A stretch of DNA of 64,000 bases from an uncultured Gemmatimonadaceae bacterium (GTDB taxonomy: Bacteria > Gemmatimonadota > Gemmatimonadetes > Longimicrobiales > RSA9): contig CAYUIG010000021.1 in NCBI GenBank assembly GCA_964444685.1, forward strand, positions 98 to 64,097, given 5' to 3'. The notes under the pieces were generated by a model that worked only from the letters and a program-made list of their open reading frames with translations, ran no database searches and was not told the origin of the DNA. Both the position numbers and the translations under genes were made by a program. Of the stretch, positions 1 through 9,782 are shown piece after piece (the first letter of the stretch is position 1; the number at the start of each line of letters is the position of its first letter).

Positions 1-490
1 CCGAGTGAACGAGGATGAGTCGATCATACTCGGATTCGGGCATCGGCTCGTGAGCCACGCCGGACAACGCACGCGCAATAGCGGGCGCGGTATTGCTGTG
101 CCCCACCACGAGCACGGTACCGGATCCGAAGCCACGGACCGCATCGGCAACCGCGGCGATATGCGCATCCATGTTGCGGCTTACAGGCACTTCAACCATC
201 TGGATGCCGAGGCGTTCGGCCAGCGGCCGCGCCGTTGCGCGCGTACGCTCGTAGGGCGTCACGATGATGCCGACGACACCGGCATCCGCGAGTGCATCGG
301 CAAGAGCCACAGCACGAGCCTGACCCGCGGCGGACAGCGGCGGATCCGCGGCGGGCTCGGCCTCCTTCTCCGCGTGCCGCACGATCACCACAGTCGTACC
401 TCCAGTCGCGCGCTCGGCCGCGCGCCCAGGCACCTGCGCGGCGGTCGGTGCGGCCACGAAAATCGCAAGCAACAGCAGAACGAGACGCAT
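1..490 (-). CDS. Histidine phosphatase family protein (SixA/PGAM-like), C-terminus lies beyond the window start
   Basis: My own translation of the minus strand from the ATG at 490-488 gives a signal-like N-terminus (MRLVLLLLLAIFVAAPTAAQ), then the RHAEK and GHSNT motifs typical of histidine phosphatases. The frame stays open to position 1. The start shares 1 nt with the ETF-QO stop (TGATG). Confidence 0.7.
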   Translation of the reverse strand, partial: MRLVLLLLAIFVAAPTAAQVPGRAAERATGGTTVVIVRHAEKEAEPAADPPLSAAGQARAVALADALADAGVVGIIVTPYERTRATARPLAERLGIQMVEVPVSRNMDAHIAAVADAVRGFGSGTVLVVGHSNTAPAIARALSGVAHEPMPESEYDRLILVHS

Positions 491-2145
491 CACATCCTCC
501 GATAACGGGGACCGCTGCCGCCCTCACGCGGCGTCCACCGCGGTCCGAGGACGTCGGTGGCCTTGCAGTCGATGCAGTTCGGTGCGTTGACGACGAGCCG
601 GTCGCCGTCGCGCTCGTAAACACCCGCGGGACAGACGTGCGAATAGAAGTCCGCCACCTCACCGGAGACGTCCTGCCCGACGATGAGGTGCGACGGGATG
701 TCGTCGCGCGTGGCGTTCCCGGATTTGAACACGGCGTCCACCTTCCGGAACGTCAGCCGGCCGTCGTGTGTCACCGGCGTCGGCCCCCCGGACAAGCGCG
801 GCGCCGAAGCGTCGGACGCCATGGTGATCCGGCCGCCGGGGAACGCTCCGCCGGTCAGGGTCATCAGCCCCGCCTTCAGGCCGCCGAGATAGAATCCGTC
901 CTTGAACGCGAGCCGCATGTTGCGGCGGCGGTACAGATCGTCGCGGATGAAGCTGCTGTCCACCATGCGATCGTAGCCCTCGAGTCCCGCGGCGGACGTG
1001 TCGCCCTTCTTCAGTGCATGGAAGATCGCGCGCGCGGCGAAGATGCCGGACTGCACTGCGTAGTGGATGCCCTTCAATGATGCCACTTCGACGAAGCCCG
1101 CCGAATCTCCCAGCAGAAGCGCGCCGGATCCATGACGACGCTCGGGCAGCGACCAGTACCCACCTTCGGGGATGGTCTTCGCGCCCCACTCGACCATCTC
1201 GCCGCCCTCGAGATACTCCCTGAACAGCGGATGCAGCTTCATGCGCTGCAGCAGCTCGTGCACGTCGAGGTTCGCCTGGTGATAGTCGAGACCCACCACC
1301 AGCCCCAAGGCGAGCACGTTGGGTTCGAGCGGATAGAAGAAGCTGCCGCCGAATGCGTCGGTGGGGAGCGGCCAGCCGAGCGTGTGCACGACGGCGTCGA
1401 GCGGCTTCTTCGTCTCCCAGATCTCCTTCACGCCGAGCGCGAAGATCTGCGGATTCTGCGAGCGCACGTTCTGCCATTGCAGCCACGCCTGCGACAGCGC
1501 GCCGCGCGTACCCTCCGCGAGAGCCGTGACCTTCGCGACGATGTCCGTCGGCGGCGCGTAGCCCGATCCAGGCTCACCGTTTCGATCGAGTCCCGCCGGA
1601 GTCGTGCGTACGCCTGCGACGGAGTCGCCGGATACCAGCAGCGATGCCGCAGGGAAGCCCGTGAAGACGTTCACGCCCGCGGCCTCCGCGCGCTCACCCA
1701 TCCAGCGCACGATCTCGCAGATGGACCCGATGCGGTTGCCGTGATTGCGCATCGTCGGTGGTGTCGGCAGCCGGTACGCCGTGCTTTCCGAGAGCAGGTA
1801 CACACGCTCGGCGCCGACCGGCGCGCGGAAGGGCAGCTCGGCCTCGGGGACGCCGGGGAAGAGCTCGCGGAACGGCGCGGGGTTCACGACTGCACCCGAG
1901 AGGCAGTGTTCGCCGAGTGACTCGGCCTTCTCGAGTACCGCGATCTCGACATCGCCGATGCCGCCGCCCGCCTCGTTGTCTCTGCGCACGAGATCGGCGA
2001 GGTGGATGGCGCCGGCGAGACCGGCAGGGCCGCCGCCCACGAACACCACGTCCATCTCGACGCTCTCCTCCCCCGGCGGCTCTTCGAGGATCAGTCGGTC
2101 GAGCGGCAGTGGCGGCTGGTGCTGCGCGGGAACCAGTCGAGCCAT
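490..2145 (-). CDS. Electron-transfer flavoprotein:ubiquinone oxidoreductase (ETF-QO)
   Basis: 551 aa with an ATG start. It has an N-terminal FAD fold (VVFVGGGPAGLAG) and a C-terminal 4Fe-4S ferredoxin-like segment (CPAGVYE...NCIDCKATDV). Length and layout are typical of ETF-QO. Confidence 0.9.
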   Translation of the reverse strand: MARLVPAQHQPPLPLDRLILEEPPGEESVEMDVVFVGGGPAGLAGAIHLADLVRRDNEAGGGIGDVEIAVLEKAESLGEHCLSGAVVNPAPFRELFPGVPEAELPFRAPVGAERVYLLSESTAYRLPTPPTMRNHGNRIGSICEIVRWMGERAEAAGVNVFTGFPAASLLVSGDSVAGVRTTPAGLDRNGEPGSGYAPPTDIVAKVTALAEGTRGALSQAWLQWQNVRSQNPQIFALGVKEIWETKKPLDAVVHTLGWPLPTDAFGGSFFYPLEPNVLALGLVVGLDYHQANLDVHELLQRMKLHPLFREYLEGGEMVEWGAKTIPEGGYWSLPERRHGSGALLLGDSAGFVEVASLKGIHYAVQSGIFAARAIFHALKKGDTSAAGLEGYDRMVDSSFIRDDLYRRRNMRLAFKDGFYLGGLKAGLMTLTGGAFPGGRITMASDASAPRLSGGPTPVTHDGRLTFRKVDAVFKSGNATRDDIPSHLIVGQDVSGEVADFYSHVCPAGVYERDGDRLVVNAPNCIDCKATDVLGPRWTPREGGSGPRYRRM

Positions 2146-2164
2146 GAAAAACGATCTCCTGTTG

Positions 2165-3451
2165 TCAGTAACCCAGGTCGTGCTGCGCTTCGTCGCCGCT
2201 GTCCAGCGGGATCGCGACGGCTTCCTCTCCCGGCTGCATGGCCTCCGACTGCTCCGGCACGACGAGCAGCGCGTCCGCCTTCGCCATCGACGTCAGGAGA
2301 CCGGATCCCTGCGGCCCCGTCAATCGCGCGAGCGGCGGCCCGCCATCGCTCGGGGGCTCGAGCCGCACGCGCAGGTACTGGATGAGCCCCGCCTTCGAGC
2401 CAATCGGCTCCGCCGCGCGGACGTGCATCGTGCGGGAATGTACGGCCTGGCGGCCCTGCATGCGCCGGAGAGCGGGCCGGACCAGGACCTCGTAGGTCAC
2501 GAGGACGGACACCGGATTGCCGGGGAGTCCGAAGACCGGCAGCGGGTCGCGGCCGGAGCGGGGCAGGGTGCCGAACGATGCCGGGCTGCCGGGCCGCATC
2601 CGTACCCGCCAGAAATCGATGCCGAAACCGAGCTCCTCGAGGACGTCCTTCACCACGTCGTGATCGCCGACGCTGGCGCCCGCGCTGGTGATCAGCGCGT
2701 CCGCGAGCAATCCGGCCTCGATGTGCTCACGCAGATCGGCCGCATCGTCGCGCGCGATGCCGAGCAGGCGCGGCTCGCCGCCAGCCGCGAGCACGGCCGC
2801 GGCCAGCGCATACGAGTTGGAGTTCGCGATGCGCCGGCCGGCCATGACCTCGTCGAAGCGATCGAGATCGACGAGTTCGTCACCGGTCGAGAGAATCGCC
2901 ACGCGCGGGCGCCGATGGACGGCGACGCGTGCACGTCCGACCGCCGCGAGTACACCGACCTCACCGGGACGCAGCCAGCGACCCGCCTCCATCACTACAT
3001 CCCCCGCGCGCGTGTCCTCGCCTCGCACGCGCACGTTGCGACCTGCATCCGAACCGTCGAATACCTCGACGCGGCCATCGTCGCGTACGCGCGTGTGCTC
3101 CACGCGCACGACGCAGTCCGCACCCGCAGGCAGCGGTGCGCCCGTCATGATGCGCGTCGCCTGACCCTTGCCTACGGCCAGCGCGGGGAACTCGCCCGCC
3201 GCGATGGACTCCACCACATCCAGCACGACAGGCACGTTGCGGATGTCCGACGCGCGCACGGCGTATCCATCCATCGCGCTGTTGTCCCAGGGCGGCTGGT
3301 CCAGCGGCGAGTGCACGGTCTCCGCGAGCACGCGGCCGAGGCAGTCCGTGATGGACACGACTTCGGCGGGAAGCGGACGCACCGCCGCGAGGATGCGGTC
3401 CACGGCGTCGCCCACTGTGAGCCAGTCCGCGCTGCGCGTCGAATCCTTCAC
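2165..3451 (-). CDS. moeA: Molybdopterin molybdenumtransferase MoeA
   Basis: 428 aa containing the MoeA signature NSAMDGYAV, followed by the MoCF-binding domain (ILSTGDEL) and a C-terminal domain. The GTG start overlaps the mobA stop (GTGA). Confidence 0.9.
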   Translation of the reverse strand: MKDSTRSADWLTVGDAVDRILAAVRPLPAEVVSITDCLGRVLAETVHSPLDQPPWDNSAMDGYAVRASDIRNVPVVLDVVESIAAGEFPALAVGKGQATRIMTGAPLPAGADCVVRVEHTRVRDDGRVEVFDGSDAGRNVRVRGEDTRAGDVVMEAGRWLRPGEVGVLAAVGRARVAVHRRPRVAILSTGDELVDLDRFDEVMAGRRIANSNSYALAAAVLAAGGEPRLLGIARDDAADLREHIEAGLLADALITSAGASVGDHDVVKDVLEELGFGIDFWRVRMRPGSPASFGTLPRSGRDPLPVFGLPGNPVSVLVTYEVLVRPALRRMQGRQAVHSRTMHVRAAEPIGSKAGLIQYLRVRLEPPSDGGPPLARLTGPQGSGLLTSMAKADALLVVPEQSEAMQPGEEAVAIPLDSGDEAQHDLGY

Positions 3452-4044
3452 CGCAGCCGCTCCGCTTCCGCGCGCTCCGCGAGCGTATTCACGTTCATGA
3501 AGAGGCGATCCGCGTCCCCGATGCCCGCGATCTCGTCGCGCGTGAGCCGTCGCACGCGCACGTGATCGTGAAAACCGACGACGCGCAGGTCACCGGCATC
3601 GAGCGAGCGCTCGATCGCGTCGATGCACGACACGCCATAGTACGCGCACAGCGGTTCCACGCCGCGCGGCCCCGCACTCTCCGGTACCACGACATCCGCG
3701 CCTTCACGCGCGTCGAGAATCATGGAGAACAGTGCCGTCGTCACGAACGGCATGTCGCACGCGACGACGAGTGCACCCTCGTGACCCAGCTCGCGTGCCC
3801 AGAGCAGCGCGGTGAGAATGCCACCGAGCGGGCCCGCATCGGTGCGCACATCCGCACGTGACGGTAACAACACCGCCGAAGAGATCACTGGATCGTTCGC
3901 GATGAGCACGACCGCCGACACCACGGGCGCGAGCACATCGTGGACGCGGTCGACCAGCCTGCGCCCCTGCACTACAGCCAGCGCCTTGGGCGCACCGTAG
4001 CGGGTGCTGCGCCCTCCCGCCTGGATCGCACCGAGCACGCTCAT
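3448..4044 (-). CDS. mobA: Molybdenum cofactor guanylyltransferase MobA
   Basis: I used the internal ATG at 4044, giving MSVLGAIQAGGRSTRYG (the GGxSxRxG nucleotide-binding motif) and later VVACDMPF. This start overlaps the fdhD stop (ATGA). The longer upstream ORF extension is Arg-rich and looks non-coding. Confidence 0.8.
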   Translation of the reverse strand: MSVLGAIQAGGRSTRYGAPKALAVVQGRRLVDRVHDVLAPVVSAVVLIANDPVISSAVLLPSRADVRTDAGPLGGILTALLWARELGHEGALVVACDMPFVTTALFSMILDAREGADVVVPESAGPRGVEPLCAYYGVSCIDAIERSLDAGDLRVVGFHDHVRVRRLTRDEIAGIGDADRLFMNVNTLAERAEAERLR

Positions 4045-4727
4045 CGCGGCTCCTCGCGTGCGGCTGCACCGGCGCGCGCCACCAGCGGCAGCGCGCCGGC
4101 ATCGGCAAGACGCACGGCGAGTGTCGTCGGAATCGAGCGGCTCGCGAGCCACGCCAGCCCCGCGCGTGCGGCCTTGAACGCGATCTCGCCACTGATGCGC
4201 GAGCTTACGAGCAGTCCCGTCGAACCCGGCTCGAAGCCACGCAGCAACGCGATCCCCACGCAACGATCGACCGCGTTGTGGCGCCCGACCTCCTCGACGC
4301 GCGCGACGATGCGGCCGTCACGAACCAGCGCGGCCGAATGCAGTCCGCGCGACCCCGAGCCCGCGAACAGCTCGCGCATCAGCGACGTGAGCGTGGCGGC
4401 GTCCGGCGGCGGTTCGGTGCGCGTGGCGCGCAGGGCGGAAACGTCGCATGTGAGGAAGTGGAGGAGTCCGCGGCCGCATTCCGCGCGGTGCGCGCGCTCG
4501 GCGAACCCGCGCTCGGCCGCTGGTGCCGCGACATCGGCGACCAGCACGAGAACGCCGTCATCATCCGATACCGAGATGCCCTCGAGCTCGGATGCGGTGC
4601 GCACGAAGCCGTCCGCGACGAGTCTGCCCACGGCGAGGTCGTGCTCATCTCCGGGGCTGGCAGTCCACACGGCGAGGGTGCGGCCGCCGACCACGAGACG
4701 GCAGACGCGTTCGGCGACGGCATCCAT
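4041..4727 (-). CDS. fdhD: Formate dehydrogenase accessory sulfurtransferase FdhD
   Basis: Carries the VGRHNAVD motif and a conserved C-terminal SSRISGEIAFKAARAG. The ATG at 4727 begins directly after the upstream gene's stop at 4729-4731. The tracked longer ORF would start with TTG. Confidence 0.85.
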   Translation of the reverse strand: MDAVAERVCRLVVGGRTLAVWTASPGDEHDLAVGRLVADGFVRTASELEGISVSDDDGVLVLVADVAAPAAERGFAERAHRAECGRGLLHFLTCDVSALRATRTEPPPDAATLTSLMRELFAGSGSRGLHSAALVRDGRIVARVEEVGRHNAVDRCVGIALLRGFEPGSTGLLVSSRISGEIAFKAARAGLAWLASRSIPTTLAVRLADAGALPLVARAGAAAREEPR

Positions 4728-4728
4728 G

Positions 4729-5250
4729 TCAGGCGAGGACCGAGCGGAGGAGGACGGCAATGCCGAGCAGCACGCCGAAGCCGACGAGCGCGGTGAGTAT
4801 CGCGCGCAGCGTGCCCTCGAAGTCGAGAGCCTGGCGGATGGCGATGATCACCGCGACGAAGATCCAGAGACGCACGGCGATCAGCACGGGGTCGCGCAGT
4901 CCGGGAATCGCGGCCGCTACGAACAGGAGGCCGGGCGCGTGTGCGAAGCCGATCGTGCGCAGCAGTTCGCCCCAGGTGGCCGTGCCCTTGAATATGAGCG
5001 CGCCGATGCCGTACGTGATCGCCGACCAGATCAGCCACGCCGCGAGCGTACCGAGTGCGCGGCTCACCACGACGGTCAGCTCCGCGTTCGCCGTCCCGAG
5101 TGCGGTGGCCGCGGACACGAGGATGACGACGAGCGCCGCCTGCGACGTCGCACTGCCGTCCGCTTCGACTTCCTCGTACGTATCGACGTTCAACCGCGCT
5201 GCGCCCACGAGCCGCTCGCCGAACGAATGCCGCACCGTGTTCATGTTCAC
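4729..5250 (-). CDS. Yip1-domain membrane protein
   Basis: 173 aa with a short polar N-terminus followed by about five hydrophobic helices, a Yip1-like pattern. It starts at GTG 5250 (GTGA overlap with the ABC ATPase stop) or at ATG 5244. Confidence 0.6.
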   Translation of the reverse strand: MNMNTVRHSFGERLVGAARLNVDTYEEVEADGSATSQAALVVILVSAATALGTANAELTVVVSRALGTLAAWLIWSAITYGIGALIFKGTATWGELLRTIGFAHAPGLLFVAAAIPGLRDPVLIAVRLWIFVAVIIAIRQALDFEGTLRAILTALVGFGVLLGIAVLLRSVLA

Positions 5251-6365
5251 TCCGCTGCGAACGCGCGTACCGCCGACGCCTTGATCCGTGCGGCCATGCG
5301 TACACCGGGTCGCACGTCGAGCCGCTCCGCACTCCTGCGCGTGATGAGCGCGGCCAGTGCCACGGCACCGTCGAGCCGCACGCGCACGAACCCGCTGGCT
5401 GGCGATGTCACGGTCACCGTGAGCACGAACCTGTTGATCGCACTCGTCTCGCCGGCTTCATCGACAGGTTCGAGCACGACATCCTCGGGCCGGTACGCCA
5501 CGTGCACGCGCTGTCCTTGCGAGACCGGCTCGGACGCCGCGCACCACAGGCGCGTGCCGCCGGCCAGCTCGACGCCGAGCAGGTCCTCCTCCATCGTCGT
5601 CGCCACGCCGTCGAGCAGCAGCTCCGCGCCCGTGAACTCCGCGACGAACGGCGTCGCGGGCTGCACCGCGACTTCCTCAGGCGTGCCGGTCTGCACGATG
5701 CGACCATCGTGCATGACGGCGATCCGGTCCGCCAGTGCGAACGCGTCCGCGGGATCGTGCGTGATGAGCAACGCCGCGCGCGCGCCGCGCCGTACCAGCC
5801 GCTCGAGGTCCTCGCGGAAGCGGCGGCGGATGCCCACGTCGAGGTTCGCCGTCGGCTCGTCGAGCGCAATGAGATCGGGCCGCACCGCGAGCGCGCGCGC
5901 CAGCGCCACGCGCTGCGCCTCACCGCCCGAGAGTGTTGCGACGTTTTCCTCCGAGCGTGCCGCGAGCCCGACCGCCTCCAGCGCGGATCGAACCTCATCA
6001 CGGACTTTGCGACGATCCACGCCGCGCGCACGCAAGCCGTACGCGACGTTCGCGGCCACCGAACCGGAGAAGAGGAACGGCCGCTGGAAGACAGTGGCCA
6101 TGCGCCGCATCGCGGCGGTGTCGCCGGCGCGGACGGGCCGCCCGTCGAGCAGGATGGTGCCGGCGTCGGGGCGCTCGAGGAGCAGCAGCAGTCGCATGAG
6201 TGTGGACTTGCCGGCACCATTCGGGCCGAGCACGCACAGGATCTCACCGAACGAGAGTGCGAGCCGGTCGATGTTCACCACTTCACGGCCGGTGTAGGAG
6301 CGGACGAGGCCGCGTGCCTCGAGCAGCGGTGTCAGCTCCAACGCGCACCTGCCGCGCGCTGCCAT
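5247..6365 (-). CDS. ABC transporter ATP-binding protein with a C-terminal TOBE-like domain (tungstate/molybdate type)
   Basis: Walker A GPNGAGKST, ABC signature LSGGEAQRV, and Walker B LIALDEPTANLD. A roughly 120-aa C-terminal extension is typical of TupC/ModC. The gene sits next to the matching permease and binding protein. Confidence 0.85.
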   Translation of the reverse strand: MAARGRCALELTPLLEARGLVRSYTGREVVNIDRLALSFGEILCVLGPNGAGKSTLMRLLLLLERPDAGTILLDGRPVRAGDTAAMRRMATVFQRPFLFSGSVAANVAYGLRARGVDRRKVRDEVRSALEAVGLAARSEENVATLSGGEAQRVALARALAVRPDLIALDEPTANLDVGIRRRFREDLERLVRRGARAALLITHDPADAFALADRIAVMHDGRIVQTGTPEEVAVQPATPFVAEFTGAELLLDGVATTMEEDLLGVELAGGTRLWCAASEPVSQGQRVHVAYRPEDVVLEPVDEAGETSAINRFVLTVTVTSPASGFVRVRLDGAVALAALITRRSAERLDVRPGVRMAARIKASAVRAFAAE

Positions 6366-7051
6366 GCCGCCCGCGATCGGCCCTGCTGCGCTCGTGTGAG
6401 TGCGAGGTTCACCACGAGTGCGAGCGAAAGCAGCAGCAGACCGAGCGCCATCGCAGTGCCGAAGTTGCCGCGTCGCGTCTCGAGCACGATGGCCGTCGTC
6501 ATCACGCGCGTTTCGCCCAGGATGTTGCCGCCCACCATCATCACCGCGCCGACCTCGGAGATGACGGCGCCGAACCCTGCGACGACGGCCGCCGCGAGCC
6601 CGAGCCGCGCTTCGGCCAGATGCGTGAGAAGCGCCCGCGTGCGCGATGCGCCGAGCGCGCGCGCCTGGAGCCGCACATCGGGTGACACGGCCTGCACGGC
6701 GGCGAGACTGATGCCCGCCACGTACGGCGCGGCTAGCAGTCCCTGCGCGATGACCATGGCGGCCGGTGTGAAGAGCATGTTCAGGTTGCCCGCGGGCCCG
6801 GAACGCGAGAGCAGCAGATAGACGAAGAGTCCTACCACGACGGGCGGCAGCGCGAAGCCGGTGTGCACGAGCGCGATGAGTATGCGCCGGCCGGGGAAGC
6901 GTGCGAGGCCGAGCCAGGTGCCGAACGGCATGCCCACCAGCACACCGACGAGCACGGCGATGCCGGAGACGCGCAGCGACAGCCAGACGATGTCGAGGAT
7001 GTAGCGGTTGCCGTGAACGAGGAGCGAGACCGCTTCGCGCAGGCTGTCCAT
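6332..7051 (-). CDS. ABC transporter permease (TupB-like)
   Basis: 239 aa with five or six TM segments and a MetI-type loop (ALGASRTRALL). It lies between the binding-protein gene and the ATPase gene. Confidence 0.85.
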   Translation of the reverse strand: MDSLREAVSLLVHGNRYILDIVWLSLRVSGIAVLVGVLVGMPFGTWLGLARFPGRRILIALVHTGFALPPVVVGLFVYLLLSRSGPAGNLNMLFTPAAMVIAQGLLAAPYVAGISLAAVQAVSPDVRLQARALGASRTRALLTHLAEARLGLAAAVVAGFGAVISEVGAVMMVGGNILGETRVMTTAIVLETRRGNFGTAMALGLLLLSLALVVNLALTRAQQGRSRAAWQRAAGARWS

Positions 7052-7064
7052 TGCGGCTGCGCGG

Positions 7065-7916
7065 TCAGCGCATCGCGTTCGGGTGGTAGAGCTGCCGGCC
7101 CCAGCGGTCCACGCCGAAGCGCCCGATCAGCGCCTGCGCGGAGTCGCTGACGATCCAGCGCATGAACGCGTCCGCGCCTTCGGGATTGGCCGCGCCATCC
7201 ACCGTGATGACGGCGTACGGGTTGTAGAGGATCTGCTGGCCTTCGATGAGCGGAACGAGATCCATCTCACGGCCGATGGACAGCCACGTGGCGCGATCGA
7301 CGAGCGTGTACGCCTGCCGCTCGTTCGCGATGCGCAGCGCGTCCGCCATCCCCTGGCCGACCTCCATGTACCACGCACCGCCGGGCGACAGCCGCGCCAG
7401 CCCCCAGAACGCCAGCTCCTTCTTGTGCGTGCCCGAGTCGTCGCCGCGCGAAACGAAGGGGGCCTCGGCCTGTGCGATCTTCCGGAACGCCATTTCAGGT
7501 GCGTCGATCGACTGGATGTTGGCCGGGTTGGCGGCAGGCCCGACGATCAGGAAGTCATTGTACATGACATCCCGCCGCTCGCGGCCGTAGCCCGCTTCCA
7601 TGAACTGGATCTCTTCGAAGGGAGCGTGCACGAGGAGGACGTCCGCATCGTCGCGGCGGCCCAGCTCCAGCGCCTCGCCGCTGCCGACCGCGATCACACG
7701 CACGCGGTACTGCGGATGCGTGGCCTCGAACACCGGAATGATTTCGTCGAAGAACCCGGAGTCCTCCGTCGAGGTGGTCGAGGCGAGGATGAGCTCCTCG
7801 GGGCCGCGCTCGCAGCCCGCCGCCGCGAGGACGAGGGCGACGAGTGCGCCCCGCAGGATCTCAGTGACGCTCGCGCGAACGCGTGCCTTCCTCCCCGGCG
7901 TCCGTGGGCGGTTCAT
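7065..7916 (-). CDS. Substrate-binding lipoprotein of a tungstate/anion ABC transporter (TupA-like)
   Basis: Lipobox LAAAGC is followed by ASTTSTEDSGFFDEIIPVFE and FVSRGDDSGTH, as in TupA-family PBPs. I chose the ATG at 7916. This overlaps the upstream BON gene by 56 nt, so the start is uncertain. Confidence 0.75.
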   Translation of the reverse strand: MNRPRTPGRKARVRASVTEILRGALVALVLAAAGCERGPEELILASTTSTEDSGFFDEIIPVFEATHPQYRVRVIAVGSGEALELGRRDDADVLLVHAPFEEIQFMEAGYGRERRDVMYNDFLIVGPAANPANIQSIDAPEMAFRKIAQAEAPFVSRGDDSGTHKKELAFWGLARLSPGGAWYMEVGQGMADALRIANERQAYTLVDRATWLSIGREMDLVPLIEGQQILYNPYAVITVDGAANPEGADAFMRWIVSDSAQALIGRFGVDRWGRQLYHPNAMR

Positions 7917-8325
7917 AGGAAAATCCGCGCTCGATGGCTTCACGCGTCGATTCCGTTCCGAACTGCTCACTCTCCGTATCCTCCAGCAGATGGTCCGCTT
8001 CGTCGCTGGTGCGCTCGCGCGCCTGCGGCAGGGCGGTCGCATCATCCACCGCTTCGGGCTCCTCCAGCCGGGTCAGCTCATCGACGACGAGCTCGCTCGA
8101 CACGGCGTCAGGCCCCACGAGATCGCGCGCGACCTTCTCGTAGGCTTCCAGCTCGCTCTCCGTACCGACGCGGCCGCTCAGCGTGACGCGGCCCGCGTCC
8201 ACCGTCACATCGATGCCGTCGGGATCGAGCCGGTCTTCCGCCTCGAACCGCTCCGCGATGAGCGCACGCAGCTCATCGTCATCGAGGTCCTGTACGTCCG
8301 GCACCTCGCCGAAGTCCCTGGCCAT
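7861..8325 (-). CDS. Acidic BON-domain protein
   Basis: 154 aa. A BON-like segment (IDVTVDAGRVTLSGRVGTESELEAYEKVARDLVG) is followed by a very acidic tail. Confidence 0.6.
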   Translation of the reverse strand: MARDFGEVPDVQDLDDDELRALIAERFEAEDRLDPDGIDVTVDAGRVTLSGRVGTESELEAYEKVARDLVGPDAVSSELVVDELTRLEEPEAVDDATALPQARERTSDEADHLLEDTESEQFGTESTREAIERGFSYEPPTDAGEEGTRSRERH

Positions 8326-8337
8326 GCCACCCTCCCA

Positions 8338-9036
8338 TCAGAAGTGGATGGCGAGCCCGACCGATGCGACGAAGTTCTGCGTCCATTCGTCATCGGCCAA
8401 CCGTCGGCCGCGCTCCTGGATCCGGAACGCCACCGGCGTGTTCACCTTCCACAGCACGTTGCGCGCGTCGACGCGCAGCGACGTGGACGGCGACAGGAAC
8501 CACTCGAGCCCGCCGCCCACCTGACCGGCGAAACTCGTGCCCATCTCGTAACGGACGTCCTCGGGCAGGTCCTCCTCGAGGAGCGCCGTGCCCGAGAGGT
8601 CGAACACGAGACCACCGCCGAAGAGCAGGAAGGGCTGGAGCCCGCGCCATGTGCGCGGCCCGGTGATGTCGAAGCGCAGGCTGGCCAGCAGCGCCAGCAT
8701 CTGGCTGTCCACCTCGCCCAGCACCGTGTACTCGTCCTCCGCCGTCAGCGTCGTGTCCCGCACGATCCGCTTGCCCGGCATGATGCCGGCGTCCACGTCG
8801 AGCTGGAACGGTCCGCTGATCTGGAGTCGATAACGGAGCCCGGCATAGATGGCATCGTCCATGCCCAGCTCGAGCTTCCCCTTGCCGGTCATGACGTAGC
8901 CCGCGAACCCGCCGATCGACTGCGAGTTCTCCACGAAGCGGTAGGGCGAGTCGATCTCCTGGCCGGCCGCCCCCGCCGGCACGATCAGGCCCGCGCACAA
9001 CGGCAGCACGCGGGCGAGAAATGCACCAATGCGCAT
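8338..9036 (-). CDS. Outer-membrane beta-barrel protein
   Basis: The ATG at 9036 yields a signal peptide (MRIGAFLARVLPLCAGLIVPAGAAGQ). The body has alternating amphipathic strands, and the C-terminus ends in F (GLAIHF). Confidence 0.65.
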   Translation of the reverse strand: MRIGAFLARVLPLCAGLIVPAGAAGQEIDSPYRFVENSQSIGGFAGYVMTGKGKLELGMDDAIYAGLRYRLQISGPFQLDVDAGIMPGKRIVRDTTLTAEDEYTVLGEVDSQMLALLASLRFDITGPRTWRGLQPFLLFGGGLVFDLSGTALLEEDLPEDVRYEMGTSFAGQVGGGLEWFLSPSTSLRVDARNVLWKVNTPVAFRIQERGRRLADDEWTQNFVASVGLAIHF

Positions 9037-9121
9037 CGGTCTCGCATGTCCTGCCGCGGCTTCACTGCCGCGGGCCCGGAAGCTAGAGGCAGGGAAGGGG
9101 GTGGGCAAGCGGTTGTCGATG

Positions 9122-9236
9122 CGGGCGACGTGTGGCGGGCGACGAACTCGGGCGACTCACGGCGGGCGACTTACGGCGGGCGACTCACGACGGGCGACTC
9201 ACGGCGGGCGACTCACGACGGGCGACTCACTGCGGG
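9122..9236. repeat. Tandem 14-nt repeat (CGGGCGACTCACGG), about 8 copies; left arm of an inverted pair
   Basis: Direct reading shows CGGGCGAC recurring at 9122, 9136, 9149, 9163, 9177, 9191, 9205 and 9219. The reverse-complement array is at 9783-9858. Confidence 0.9.
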
Positions 9237-9782
9237 TTCTTGCGGCGGGTTGTATGTGAATCTGGCATTCGGCCGCACGAAATTGCACAACCGAGAGTGC
9301 GGTAAGTTCGGTTGTGCGATCGGGTGCGCTATTCGCACGAAAACGGCCACGACCCGAGATCGGCGGGCGAGTGCCGTCCGATTTCGTTCGCACTGCGCAT
9401 CAAATCGGACGATGATGCCAGCCGGGCGGCATGCTTGGCCATTCGATGCGGGCACGCGCACGGGTGACCGGCGCGCTGCGAACCCAAGCGACCGCCGACG
9501 CCGATCTCCGGGGTTCGGTCCCCTTCGTTCGACAGCGAACACAACGACCGCGATACGCTTGTGCTGCTGCCGGTCATGCGAACACAAGCGACCGCAGGCG
9601 CTGATCTCCGAGGAGGTCGGTCACTACGGTCCGACACGCGAACACAAACGACCGCGACTCCCGCCGGTCCCGGAAACGCGGGTCGATCGTGTTCGTACCT
9701 CGAACCCAACCGCCCCCACACCCGCCGTCACGAGCCGAGTGGGCGATTCTGTTCGCCCACCCTCGCCTCCCGCCTCAAAAAA

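Noticed and set aside
7861-8045. The longer 326-aa version of the TupA-like ORF starting at 8045
   Set aside because: The extra N-terminal 43 aa are Arg/Ser-rich, lack a signal peptide and overlap the BON gene by 185 nt. The internal ATG at 7916 yields a proper lipoprotein signal (LAAAGC).
9029-9259. ORFs translating the 14-nt repeats into GGRLTAGDSRRATHGGRLTTGDS-type peptides. The same occurs at 9624-9893(-) and 41472-41753(+)
   Set aside because: The periodicity is 14 nt, which is not a multiple of 3, so the reading frame rotates through the repeat. There is no start context, and the same DNA occurs in both orientations at several loci. These are non-coding repeats.
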